Counted from the first letter of the stretch, positions 8,376 through 17,162 are shown. The stretch is DNA of 26,497 bases from Oligoflexales bacterium (GCA_041736175.1 JBGSUI010000065.1:1-26497), one strand, 5' to 3'. Notes: a model not told the origin generated them from the sequence alone. Numbers and translations: made by a program.

Positions 8376-9896
8376 CTATCGACTAAAAGTTTCACCTTTT
8401 TTCCAAAAGGCTGCACTTTGAATGACAAGCTGTTCAAAGGTAAGTCCCAGAGGTTGAAGGATGGAGTCTGAATCGAGGGGTGAGTCTCTTTTGATTTGGT
8501 CGATCATCGTTCGAATCCCATACTCCCCTACGGTGTTTTCTAGGGTGAGTATCAAATATAGACTTTGTTTATAGGCTCGTTCCACATGGAGCGCATCACG
8601 GATCGTCGTAAAAGAGGCCATAAAGTCTGCAGGTTTTAGAAAATGCCCATTGTTTAGTGGAAAGGCAAAGGGAGTGCAACTGGGTACAGGGCAGGAAAAC
8701 CGCTGTGCCAATCCCTCATCAAACCAGGTTGGGAGTTTGCGCTGATCTGCGGCCCTGGCAAGGAGTGCGTGGACTAATTCGTGGCGCAAAATAGATCGCA
8801 ACCGTGTTTGTTGCTTTGAATCATAAACGCTCCCGGTGAGAGGCACTCTGATCCTGCCATCCGCATAGAGGCCGTCAACCCATTGGGGGATATCCTCGGT
8901 GGTCGATTTGAATTGGCTCCGATCATACAGCAGGACTTCGATAGGCTCTGAAGGGTATTTTAAGCCATAGATTCTATTGAATTCATCAAGGCTATCTTGG
9001 AGTGTGGCCAAGACCCAACCAGAAATCGACTCGTGCTCGACTTCTGTATAGGTAAGTTTAAAGGCATCAGTGGCTTCGGACTTTTGGGTCTTACTGACTT
9101 CGGCGCGACCTAGCATATTTCGTTTTTGTTTACGTACCAGGGCAAGGTTTTGATTGAGTTCAGGACCGCCCTCCGCGAGGACAGCGGCCTCAGCTTTTTC
9201 CAAAACTTGGACCGAGTCTCCAAACCGGTTTTGAGATTCATAAAGATCGCTTAAGACCACATAGAAGGCTGCATCCTGGGGGGATTTTGCCAGATATCTT
9301 TCGGTCTGGTCCACGGCTTCGGCTATTTTATGGAGTTTATAATAGGCAAGGGCCAATCCTTTGGTGGCCTCGATCATAGGCGTTATTTTTTGTGCGCTTA
9401 AAAACTGCTCTATGGCCTGCTCGTAGCGACCTAGGCGGAGCTGGGTCCAACCACTGCTGGCTAAGATAAAAGGCAATTGGTTATTAATATAGGGATGAAT
9501 TTCTCCCGAAGGATCAGGTTTTTTAAGGATCTCTTGGGCAATGGCGAGAGCGCCTTCAAAATCCCCGGTGGCAAATTTAGCCTGCATAAGCAGCACCAGA
9601 CTCATGATCTCTGGGGCTGCATTTTGGGGAACTCCTTGGACGGGAGGCTTGGCTTGGATTGTAGGGGCTTTGATTGCGTCAATCATAGATGTGCTGGTGT
9701 GGTTGGACTCTCCTTTTTGTGGAGTCACTTCGCTCGTCTGCTGAGATTCAAGTTTTTGCTGATCGGGTGGCTTTTTTGCAAGAAAAATCTGGTCTCTTGT
9801 CCACCACTGAAACCCAAACAACAGCAAGATTCCTATAATCGATCCGTAGGTAACGATTCGTAGAACTCCGATCTTTTTTGGTACATTAGGTGTAAT
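8376..9896 (-). CDS. Membrane-anchored TPR protein with peptidase MA-like (gluzincin) domain; start uncertain (ATT at 9896 or TTG at 9827)
   Basis: TPR-like helices followed by HELVH...WFDEGLA. The frame stays open upstream of 9827 through a hydrophobic segment. Confidence 0.8.
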   Translation of the reverse strand: MTPNVPKKIGVLRIVTYGSIIGILLLFGFQWWTRDQIFLAKKPPDQQKLESQQTSEVTPQKGESNHTSTSMIDAIKAPTIQAKPPVQGVPQNAAPEIMSLVLLMQAKFATGDFEGALAIAQEILKKPDPSGEIHPYINNQLPFILASSGWTQLRLGRYEQAIEQFLSAQKITPMIEATKGLALAYYKLHKIAEAVDQTERYLAKSPQDAAFYVVLSDLYESQNRFGDSVQVLEKAEAAVLAEGGPELNQNLALVRKQKRNMLGRAEVSKTQKSEATDAFKLTYTEVEHESISGWVLATLQDSLDEFNRIYGLKYPSEPIEVLLYDRSQFKSTTEDIPQWVDGLYADGRIRVPLTGSVYDSKQQTRLRSILRHELVHALLARAADQRKLPTWFDEGLAQRFSCPVPSCTPFAFPLNNGHFLKPADFMASFTTIRDALHVERAYKQSLYLILTLENTVGEYGIRTMIDQIKRDSPLDSDSILQPLGLTFEQLVIQSAAFWKKGETFSR

Positions 9897-9919
9897 AGTG
9901 GAAGTTTCCTAGCTTAGGT

Positions 9920-10195
9920 TTAAGGTGCCCCTGGGGGGAGCGGTTGGACCTTCTCTTTGAGGGTGCCGTTGCGGTCTAAGGCGTTGAGCTCATTAAACCC
10001 ACCTATGAATTCGGTCCCGATAAAAATCATGGGAACAGTTCGATAACCATTATTTTCTGCAGAGAGTTGCATCCTAAGATCTGGTTTATCGTCTAAACTA
10101 ATCTCTTGGTAGGGTATTTGTCGCTGGGAGAGTAATCTTTTTGCTGCTTGGCAGTAGGAGCATACCAGTGTGGTATAGACCCGGACTTGTTGCAT
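9920..10195 (-). CDS. grxC: Glutaredoxin 3-like
   Basis: CSYC active site, RTVPMIFI and IGGF. Confidence 0.9.
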   Translation of the reverse strand: MQQVRVYTTLVCSYCQAAKRLLSQRQIPYQEISLDDKPDLRMQLSAENNGYRTVPMIFIGTEFIGGFNELNALDRNGTLKEKVQPLPPGAP

Positions 10196-10334
10196 AGATG
10201 GATTCCCTTATCATGGTGGGTTTTCGCACAGGTCATCTCTATAGTAGCGTTAAATTTACGGAGGATCTATAAAGGATCACTTGTGACTCCAAGGTTCCAA
10301 GGTGTGGAGACTAAAGGCTTGAGGAAGATACCAG

Positions 10335-11237
10335 ATGAGCGATGATGTAACGACCCATGAGACCCGTCAAGAAGGTCAACACCAATGGCGATCTCCCGTG
10401 GGAGCGCACCCTTCACCCCCCCCAGCTCCCCCAGCTCCCTTGACAGGGAAGACTACAAAATTGGGCGTCAGAGTCCATAAGAGGGCGATTCCCGGGGTCA
10501 CCGAAATCATTGCCGTCGCATCAGGCAAAGGGGGGGTGGGCAAGTCCACAGTCAGCGTGAATTTGGCAGTAGCCCTCGCTCAGATGGGTGCTAAAGTGGG
10601 ACTACTCGATGGAGACATCTACGGGCCTTCGGCACCTATGATGCTGGGGCTTAAAGGTTCCTTAGAAGTGGGGGATCAAGGGCGGATTCTCCCCCGTGAG
10701 GCCCATGGAATTCGTGTGATGTCCTTTGGATTTTTTAGTGATGTTAAAGAGCCCGTGATCTGGCGAGGCCCCATGATTGCCAAAGCCTTTCGACAGTTTT
10801 GCTATGATGTGGACTGGGGTAACTGCGACTACCTTATCATTGATTTACCCCCTGGGACCGGGGACGTCCAACTTTCAATGATCGAAAATCTCCCCGTCCA
10901 CGGCGCAGTCGTGGTCACCACACCCCAGGATGTGGCGCTTATCGATGCTCATAAGGCTATCAGTATGTTTAAAACCCTTGATGTGAAAGTCTTGGGTGTG
11001 GTGGAAAACATGGCTTTTTATGAGTGCCCTCGTTGCGGGCACTGCGAGGATGTCTTTGGCAAAGGTGGAGGTGCTCGGCTTTCGGAGGATCGCGAGCTAG
11101 ACCTCCTGGTATCAATCCCTATTGAAAAGCATATTCGTGAGCAGGGGGACCTTGGCCTCCCGCTTCATCACGAAGAGAGTCGATCAGCATTTATGACGCT
11201 GGCCCAAGAGGTTAAAAGCCGTCTCGGCGGCTTTTAA
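10335..11237 (+). CDS. mrp: Mrp/ApbC/NBP35 Fe-S cluster carrier ATPase
   Basis: SGKGGVGKST, DGDIYGPS, WRGPM, DLPPGTGD, VTTPQ and ENMAFYECPRC. It has a Pro-rich N-terminus and no obvious DUF59 domain. Confidence 0.95.
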   Translation: MSDDVTTHETRQEGQHQWRSPVGAHPSPPPAPPAPLTGKTTKLGVRVHKRAIPGVTEIIAVASGKGGVGKSTVSVNLAVALAQMGAKVGLLDGDIYGPSAPMMLGLKGSLEVGDQGRILPREAHGIRVMSFGFFSDVKEPVIWRGPMIAKAFRQFCYDVDWGNCDYLIIDLPPGTGDVQLSMIENLPVHGAVVVTTPQDVALIDAHKAISMFKTLDVKVLGVVENMAFYECPRCGHCEDVFGKGGGARLSEDRELDLLVSIPIEKHIREQGDLGLPLHHEESRSAFMTLAQEVKSRLGGF

Positions 11238-11428
11238 TAAGTAGAAGAGGAGGGGGCTGATGGCTAAAGAGATGGGATACTTCGAGGAGATCAGTGGAAA
11301 GAGCGGGGAACAGCAACGGGGATAGTTTGTAATTTCTCGACAAACAAAGGTGACTAGCCATCGAGCCCTGTGCAAAAATTCCAGTGTGGTCCTTTTGCAA
11401 GCAGAATGGATCTGCCATAAATCCCCTT

Positions 11429-11444
11429 TGCAGGTGCTATGCCA
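11429..11444 (-). promoter_or_regulatory. Putative sigma54 promoter (TGGCATAGCACCTGCA) with no annotated gene downstream
   Basis: CTGGCA and TGCA with exact GG-N10-GC spacing. An IHF-like TTTCAAtgagTTA lies at 11460-11472 (minus strand) and a palindrome 92 bp upstream. Confidence 0.55.
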
Positions 11445-11535
11445 GGTTTGCCTCCAGGTTAACTCATTGAAATGTAATCATATATTCCTCGCCGGTCGGA
11501 TCGACTAGTTAAAATTTGCTAACACATTGGGATTT

Positions 11536-11552
11536 TGTCTAAAAAGTAGACA
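11536..11552. promoter_or_regulatory. Palindrome TGTCTA-N5-TAGACA, putative activator site
   Basis: Perfect 6-bp inverted repeat with a 5-nt spacer. Related sites occur at 7387 and 17252/17271. Confidence 0.5.
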
Positions 11553-11566
11553 GAGATCTCTAGTAT

Positions 11567-11602
11567 ATAGTTTTTTTCTATCAGCCGATTGATATTATAG
11601 AT
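11567..11602. promoter_or_regulatory. OxyR binding site upstream of ahpC
   Basis: ATAG-N7-CTAT-N6-ATTG-N7-AGAT, close to the ATAG-N7-CTAT-N7-ATAG-N7-CTAT consensus. oxyR lies immediately beyond ahpF. Confidence 0.75.
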
Positions 11603-11710
11603 TTGAGTGATCGCTTGAAAAGACCGATGATATAGGTATTCGTGGGAAGACAGTTGCAATAGACTGGCACCCGTCAGAGTTTAACGAACTAATTTTAAGA
11701 GGAGTGTTTT

Positions 11711-12277
11711 ATGTCGAGTATCATCAATTCGAAGGTTCCAGAATTCAAAGCCCAAGCTTACCACAACGATGCTTTTAAGGCTGTGAGCAGTGAAGATCTG
11801 AAAGGCAAATGGTCCGTGTTCTTTTTCTATCCTGCGGACTTTACCTTTGTATGCCCTACAGAGCTTGGCGACCTTGCCGACAAGTACGAAGAGTTTAAAA
11901 AGTTGGGCGTGGAACTGTACTCCGTAAGTACCGATACCCATTTCACCCACAAGGCATGGCATGATGCCTCGGAGACCATTAAAAAAATCCGTTTCCCAAT
12001 GCTCGCCGACCCCACAGGTCACCTCTCCCGCTCTTTCGGTGTTTACATCGACGAAGACGGTATGGCCTATCGTGGAACCTTCGTGGTCGATCCCGAAGGA
12101 AGAATCAAGCTTGCTGAGATCAATGACAACGGAATCGGTCGGAATGCCGAAGAGCTGCTGCGAAAAGTCCAAGCCGCACAATTTGTAGCATCCCATAAAG
12201 GCGAAGTATGCCCCGCTAAATGGCGTCCAGGTGAAAAAACCCTGAAGCCAGGCCTTAACCTGGTAGGCAAAATCTAA
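11711..12277 (+). CDS. ahpC: Alkyl hydroperoxide reductase subunit C (2-Cys peroxiredoxin)
   Basis: FYPADFTFVCPTE and GEVCPAKW motifs, SD GAGGAG. Confidence 0.98.
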   Translation: MSSIINSKVPEFKAQAYHNDAFKAVSSEDLKGKWSVFFFYPADFTFVCPTELGDLADKYEEFKKLGVELYSVSTDTHFTHKAWHDASETIKKIRFPMLADPTGHLSRSFGVYIDEDGMAYRGTFVVDPEGRIKLAEINDNGIGRNAEELLRKVQAAQFVASHKGEVCPAKWRPGEKTLKPGLNLVGKI

Positions 12278-12296
12278 GGATTTTCCTGTGGAGGAT

Positions 12297-12320
12297 TCCC
12301 CTACCTCGGTGGGTAGGGGA
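12297..12320 (+). terminator. Intercistronic GC-rich hairpin between ahpC and ahpF (stabiliser or leaky terminator)
   Basis: TCCCCTACC-tcggtg-GGTAGGGGA, a 9-bp perfect stem with no U-tract. Confidence 0.6.
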
Positions 12321-12361
12321 GCCTTCCTGACATTTAACAACAAACAGAGGAGAGAGATCCC

Positions 12362-13933
12362 ATGATGCTTGATAACGACCTCAAAACTCAGCTACGCGAA
12401 GTGTTCAAAGACATAACAACCGATATCCAACTCGATTTGTTTAGATCGGACCAAGCAAAGCAGTCAGAGCTTGAATCGTTGCTAGCGGATGTTGCCGAAA
12501 CCTCTCCTCGTATCCATGTCAATAAGCTCAATGAACAGTCTAAGTTTCCCATGTTTGTCATCAAAAAAGCTGGTGTGGCAACCGGCATCGAGTTTAAGGG
12601 GATCCCAGGGGGTCACGAGTTTACTTCACTGGTCGTGGCGATCCTCAATACGGCGGGACTCGGCAAAGTCCCGGATCCATCCCTTGCAAAAAGAATCAAA
12701 CGGCTGCAGCCAAACCTACAAATCAGGACCTATATCTCCCTGAGCTGTGAAAACTGCCCAGATGTTGTCCAGGCCCTCAACCAAATCGTCCTGGCCCATG
12801 GCAAGATGACCCATGCCATGGTCGATGGTGAGTTTGTCCAAGAGGACCTGCAGCGGCTTAATATCCAAGGAGTCCCCTCGGTCTTTGTGGGTGACGAGTT
12901 GATCCATGTAGGCAAGTCTTCTCTTGGAGAGCTTCTTGGAAAATTGGAAGAAAAATTTGGTTTACCACTTGATCCATCAGAAACAGGTGCCGTCGCAGAA
13001 AATCTCGGCCACTTTGATGTGGTGGTGGTGGGCGGCGGGCCAGCAGGAGCAGCTGCTGCGATCTATAGTGTCAGAAAAGGTCTTAAAACCGCGATCATAG
13101 CCGAGCGGATTGGCGGCCAGATGCTTGATACCAAGGGGATCGAAAACTTCACGTCGGTAGCCTATATCGAGGGTGTGGAGATCTCCGCCAATATGGATAA
13201 ACATTTAAGGGCTTATCCTGTGGAGATTTTGGAACATCGGCGGGTCCGTGTCGTCGAAAAAGATGAAGGAACAAAACATAAGATTATATTAGATGGCGGG
13301 GAAAGTCTGGTTGCCGAGTCGCTCATTGTCGCGACAGGTGCAAAGTGGCGAGAGCTCAGCGTGCCGGGCGAAAAAGAATACCTTGGCCGTGGGGTGGCGT
13401 TTTGTCCCCACTGTGATGGTCCCTATTATAAGGGTAAGAAGGTCGCCGTTGTGGGTGGTGGCAACTCTGGAGTGGAGGCAGCAATCGACCTTGCTGGGAT
13501 ATGTAGCCATGTCACCCTGATTGAATTTGGCGACAAACTCAAAGCCGACCAGGTCCTCATCCAAAAAGCTGAGCAGTTGTCCAATGTCACGATTATTGTC
13601 AATGCCAAAACAAAAGAGATCCTTGGTAACGGGCGTGTGGTGATTGGGCTTTCCTATGAAGATCGTACCAACCAACAGACTAAACAAGTAGACCTCGATG
13701 GGGTCTTTGTCCAAATCGGACTTTCACCTAACAGCTCCTTTATCAAATCTGTTGTCAAGACCAACAATTATGGCGAAATCGAAGTAGATGGCAAAGGTCG
13801 AACTTCACAACCAGGAATCTATGCAGCAGGTGATGTGGCCACCACTCCCTATAAACAAATTGTTATAGCGATGGGTGACGGTGCCAAGGCCGCTCTGGCG
13901 GCTTTTGAAGACCGGATGCGAGCAGAAAAGTAA
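12362..13933 (+). CDS. ahpF: Alkyl hydroperoxide reductase subunit F
   Basis: GIPGGHEFTSLV, N-terminal-domain CENC, GGGPAG, CPHCDG and GGGNSG; follows ahpC. Confidence 0.97.
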   Translation: MMLDNDLKTQLREVFKDITTDIQLDLFRSDQAKQSELESLLADVAETSPRIHVNKLNEQSKFPMFVIKKAGVATGIEFKGIPGGHEFTSLVVAILNTAGLGKVPDPSLAKRIKRLQPNLQIRTYISLSCENCPDVVQALNQIVLAHGKMTHAMVDGEFVQEDLQRLNIQGVPSVFVGDELIHVGKSSLGELLGKLEEKFGLPLDPSETGAVAENLGHFDVVVVGGGPAGAAAAIYSVRKGLKTAIIAERIGGQMLDTKGIENFTSVAYIEGVEISANMDKHLRAYPVEILEHRRVRVVEKDEGTKHKIILDGGESLVAESLIVATGAKWRELSVPGEKEYLGRGVAFCPHCDGPYYKGKKVAVVGGGNSGVEAAIDLAGICSHVTLIEFGDKLKADQVLIQKAEQLSNVTIIVNAKTKEILGNGRVVIGLSYEDRTNQQTKQVDLDGVFVQIGLSPNSSFIKSVVKTNNYGEIEVDGKGRTSQPGIYAAGDVATTPYKQIVIAMGDGAKAALAAFEDRMRAEK

Positions 13934-13936
13934 AAG

Positions 13937-14875
13937 TTAAGGAACACTCCTATCGCTAAAATTTCTGGGAAGGCTGGCAAGGATAAGATCTTTCAGGGCC
14001 TTAAGGAGTGCCTCTCGGACAAAGCTTTGATGGACGACGAGGCTGATTTGGCGGGTGGGGATAGGATTTTTAAAGGGAATGATTCTGCCTCGGCTATAGG
14101 ATTCCCCCTCCATCCAGGGTAAAGCTAGATGAGGAATCAAGGTATACCCGAGACCATTGAGTACTAGGTGGCATAGGGTTTCGATGCTGCTACTGTCGAA
14201 GTTTAGATTGCGGGTTTGTGCGTGTTGTTGCAGGTCATGGATATGGCAGATTTTGGTCATTTGATCGCGCATACAGTGGCCTTCTGCCAAGAGCAATAGG
14301 TTTTCCTGGGAAAGATTGCCTTCGTCGACTTGATCGAGCCGGGCCAGGGAGCTTTCTTGGTGGGCAAAAACATAAAAGGGTTCTTCAAAAAGAGGGATTT
14401 CTCGAAGGGAAGGGATTCCCAGCGGTGTGACGAGTAGACCCACATCGAGCTGGTTGGATTCCAGCTGGGTGATCATATCCGAGGTTTTTGACTCAAAAAG
14501 GTTGAGCTGGATCTCGGGGTAGGTTTTGGTTAAAGGTCCTATAAACAGCGGAAGTAGGTAGGGTGAGAGCGTCGGGATGATGGCCATACGGAGGTCTCCT
14601 CCAATGGTTGTTTTGGCCTCCTGGATCAGTTCGGAGATTATTTGGGTATGATTGAGGACCACACGGATTTGACCTAAAATCTGGCTCCCCATAGGAGTGA
14701 CTGTGATGGGCTGGGTCGAACGGTCAAAAAGCTGGACCCCCAGGTGGTCTTCGAGTTTCTGCAGCTGCATCGAGAGGGTCGGTTGAGTCACGTGACATTC
14801 CTGTGCAGCCTGTCTAAAGCTACGATTTTTTTCGACCGCAACCGCATACTTGAACTGAGTGAGGGTGATATTCAA
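13937..14875 (-). CDS. oxyR: Hydrogen peroxide-sensing LysR regulator OxyR
   Basis: LysR HTH (TQPTLSMQLQKLE) and GHCMRDQMTKIC with both redox Cys. TTG start with AAGGA SD. Adjacent to ahpCF. Confidence 0.92.
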   Translation of the reverse strand: MNITLTQFKYAVAVEKNRSFRQAAQECHVTQPTLSMQLQKLEDHLGVQLFDRSTQPITVTPMGSQILGQIRVVLNHTQIISELIQEAKTTIGGDLRMAIIPTLSPYLLPLFIGPLTKTYPEIQLNLFESKTSDMITQLESNQLDVGLLVTPLGIPSLREIPLFEEPFYVFAHQESSLARLDQVDEGNLSQENLLLLAEGHCMRDQMTKICHIHDLQQHAQTRNLNFDSSSIETLCHLVLNGLGYTLIPHLALPWMEGESYSRGRIIPFKNPIPTRQISLVVHQSFVREALLKALKDLILASLPRNFSDRSVP

Positions 14876-14890
14876 ACTAAATTTCCTTTT

Positions 14891-16390
14891 TTAGGGGGCC
14901 GTCTGGGGGCAGGTGACTGTCATGAGTTGTTGGTGGGTGATGTCTCCCAGCTGGTAGGTGGGGAGGGTCAGCTGTGACAACTGGTGAATATCAATCGATA
15001 TAAGTTTATAATCATCATAAAATCTACTGTTCCATCGTCGGCAGAGGGCCTGGGCGTAATAGGGTATCAAGTGACGGTTATAACCAAGACTCAGTCTGGA
15101 GGCAAAGTCCCGTTCTTCGATCGTTGTAAACTGTTTTGAGTGAACAAATGGATTCTTAAAGGGATCGGGGGGCAGATTGGTATCCTGGGAGAACTCTACC
15201 GGGTTGGTTCGGTTGCCATCGGCCATCAGCCCTGAAAAAATCAGCCACTGATCGTCTTTTAAAGGATGCGGCGCAAACATCTTCCACATTTGGCTGACCC
15301 GAGTGCTGTCACCCAGCCAAAGCCACTTGTCAGGAACATAAACATTGATGGCTGGTATCGCAGCCAAGTTGGACCAGAGGGCATAAGCTAATAGGATGCC
15401 GAGGAAGGAATCCACAAGTGTTGAATTTTTAGGAGGAACCGGATGGGCTCCATAGAATGGCCGCTTTAATATTCCGAGGCTTGACCAAAAGGACGAGGGT
15501 ATATAAAGGCACAGCACAGCCATATCAATCCAGGGGAAAACCCCAAGCCTTAAAAAACACGAAAAGGAAAAGTGCATCATCATAAGCCCTATAATCCCGA
15601 ATCCTTTAATGAGTGGCCTGGAATGAGGAAAAAGCAGAAGAAATGGTAGAAAGGTTTCGGCGGCAAGGGTCGTCCAGGTAAAGGCGGGGGAAAGCTGTGG
15701 CCACTGTCGCAACCACACACCCCAATCCGTGACGAAATAGTCCATATTTAATGCATACCAGGTGGCGTTGCCTAAGGACCACCATTCTGGCGAGTTTTTG
15801 GCTAGGACAGCAAAAAAATAAACAAAAAATACTTGGAGTGAAATGGCTAAAGTGCCCAAAGAAAGGTAGAGACTCGTGGATGTCTTGCCTTGGTTGGAAG
15901 AGGATGGACCGTCGCCTCCACCAAAATGGTAACCCTTCCTCCAAGAGTCTAGGGAGAAACGGTGACCCACCGGTAGAAACAGGCACCACATCAACGTCAG
16001 CCGCAGTAGATCACCACCACCATCAACCATATGGGGATTACGGTTTTGGATGGACATAAGCATCAGCCAACAAAAAAAGGTGGCTACCCTTGTGTAGAGT
16101 CCCAGTCCGAAAAGACCGATAAATACCACTAATATGGCTAAAAAAGATGTTTGAAAAAGTGGCGTGCCGTTGAGAAAAAGCAATGAAAAAAGCCAAGGCT
16201 GGTTTGCTATAGCCGGCATTGTCGAACGAGGCAGGACGCCCAAGTCACTGAGTAAAAACTCCGCGTGGGGAATCAGGGCGGTGAATTTTAGTATCATGAG
16301 CAAGGCCAACAGGATGCGCATCAAGGCGAGGGACCTCAAGTCAATTGCAACCCCCATGAGCCCTCTCTGTAAGAAGTGTTTCACAGTCAT
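14891..16390 (-). CDS. HTTM-domain integral membrane protein
   Basis: IDLRSLALMRI, SIQNRNP..DGGGDLLR, FSLD, YFFAVLAK..WW..G and QMWKMFAP motifs, with many TM segments. Confidence 0.88.
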   Translation of the reverse strand: MTVKHFLQRGLMGVAIDLRSLALMRILLALLMILKFTALIPHAEFLLSDLGVLPRSTMPAIANQPWLFSLLFLNGTPLFQTSFLAILVVFIGLFGLGLYTRVATFFCWLMLMSIQNRNPHMVDGGGDLLRLTLMWCLFLPVGHRFSLDSWRKGYHFGGGDGPSSSNQGKTSTSLYLSLGTLAISLQVFFVYFFAVLAKNSPEWWSLGNATWYALNMDYFVTDWGVWLRQWPQLSPAFTWTTLAAETFLPFLLLFPHSRPLIKGFGIIGLMMMHFSFSCFLRLGVFPWIDMAVLCLYIPSSFWSSLGILKRPFYGAHPVPPKNSTLVDSFLGILLAYALWSNLAAIPAINVYVPDKWLWLGDSTRVSQMWKMFAPHPLKDDQWLIFSGLMADGNRTNPVEFSQDTNLPPDPFKNPFVHSKQFTTIEERDFASRLSLGYNRHLIPYYAQALCRRWNSRFYDDYKLISIDIHQLSQLTLPTYQLGDITHQQLMTVTCPQTAP

Positions 16391-16483
16391 ATGAAAATCC
16401 TCTACAAACCGCTAGTCTCTTCCAGAATACCCGGTACTTTACCTTAGATCTGGTCACTTGGGGTGTAGAAAGTTTTCTTTGGC

Positions 16484-17122
16484 CTAGCCTCTGATTTCGC
16501 ACTTTAGAGTTTTGACGTTGAATTTAAGGCATTTGCCACCCTCGGTGACATCGATCTTAAGGTCGTCACCAGGAGTGGACGAGCTGGAGCTACTGGAGCT
16601 AAACGAGCTGCTGGAGCTAAACGAGCTGCTGGAGATTCCCGAACTTGACGAGGTGCCGTTGGAAGCTGAATTTGAGGAATTATTAGAAAATATCGATCCC
16701 GATCCCGATCCCGATCCCGATCCCGATCCCGATCCCGATCCCGATCCCGATCCCGATCCCGATCCCGATCCCGTAGGTCCAGACCCAGGGGCTTTGTCAG
16801 TGGGGTTATATGTTCCGCCGGTCGTAGTACCCGAAGAAGCTCCAGACGCTGAAGTGCCGCTCGCCGGTGTCCCGCTTCCGGAACTGCCGGCTGAAGGGCT
16901 ACCCCCCGCAGCTGGGGACCCACCGAGACCGCCCCCCGCAGCTGGGGACCCACCGAGACCGTCCCCTGAGGCGGAATCGCCGGATCCTGACGATCCAAGA
17001 GTATTCGTGTTGGCTTTACGGGGGACTACATCAACCTTTTTTTCATTCCCCCCACAGGCCAAGACAGCGATAAAAAAGATGCAGACCATGGTCGCTTTAA
17101 AATTAAAGTCATTTTGAATCAT
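16484..17122 (-). CDS. Gly/Ser-rich low-complexity lipoprotein with a short two-Cys C-terminal tip
   Basis: Signal peptide with lipobox VLAC, AAGGA SD, and a sigma54-type promoter upstream. Confidence 0.8.
   Translation of the reverse strand: MIQNDFNFKATMVCIFFIAVLACGGNEKKVDVVPRKANTNTLGSSGSGDSASGDGLGGSPAAGGGLGGSPAAGGSPSAGSSGSGTPASGTSASGASSGTTTGGTYNPTDKAPGSGPTGSGSGSGSGSGSGSGSGSGSGSGSGSIFSNNSSNSASNGTSSSSGISSSSFSSSSSFSSSSSSSSTPGDDLKIDVTEGGKCLKFNVKTLKCEIRG
16593..16634. repeat. 18-bp tandem repeat CTGGAGCTAAACGAGCTG x2.3
   Basis: Read directly; encodes SSSFSS units. Confidence 0.85.
16695..16772. repeat. Perfect microsatellite (GATCCC)x13 encoding (Gly-Ser)13
   Basis: Read directly: 78 nt with no mismatches. 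Confidence 0.97.
16902..16961. repeat. 30-bp perfect tandem duplication
   Basis: CCCCCCGCAGCTGGGGACCCACCGAGACCG x2; encodes GLGGSPAAGG. Confidence 0.9.
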
Positions 17123-17162
17123 AAGTAGGTATCCTTAGCTGTGAAGGGAATCCTGTGGTAGC

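Noticed and set aside
11241..11325. Six GGA motifs suggesting a CsrB/Rsm-type sRNA
   Set aside because: They lack the ANGGA context, I see no regular hairpins, and purine richness alone explains them.
11643..11658. TGGGAAGACAGTTGCA, GG-N10-GC upstream of ahpC
   Set aside because: Poor -24 match, and the OxyR box argues for a sigma70-type promoter. Not fully excluded.
11681..12343. 220-aa ORF antisense to ahpC
   Set aside because: Typical antisense shadow of a codon-biased, highly expressed gene, with no motifs.
16695..16961. Repeats as a possible CRISPR array
   Set aside because: They are direct tandem copies without spacers, inside a CDS, and there are no cas genes.
16504..17117. Long alternative-frame ORFs with (DP)n and (RD)n repeats
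   Set aside because: These are shadows of the stop-free repeat tract. Only 16484..17122(-) has a lipobox, SD and promoter.
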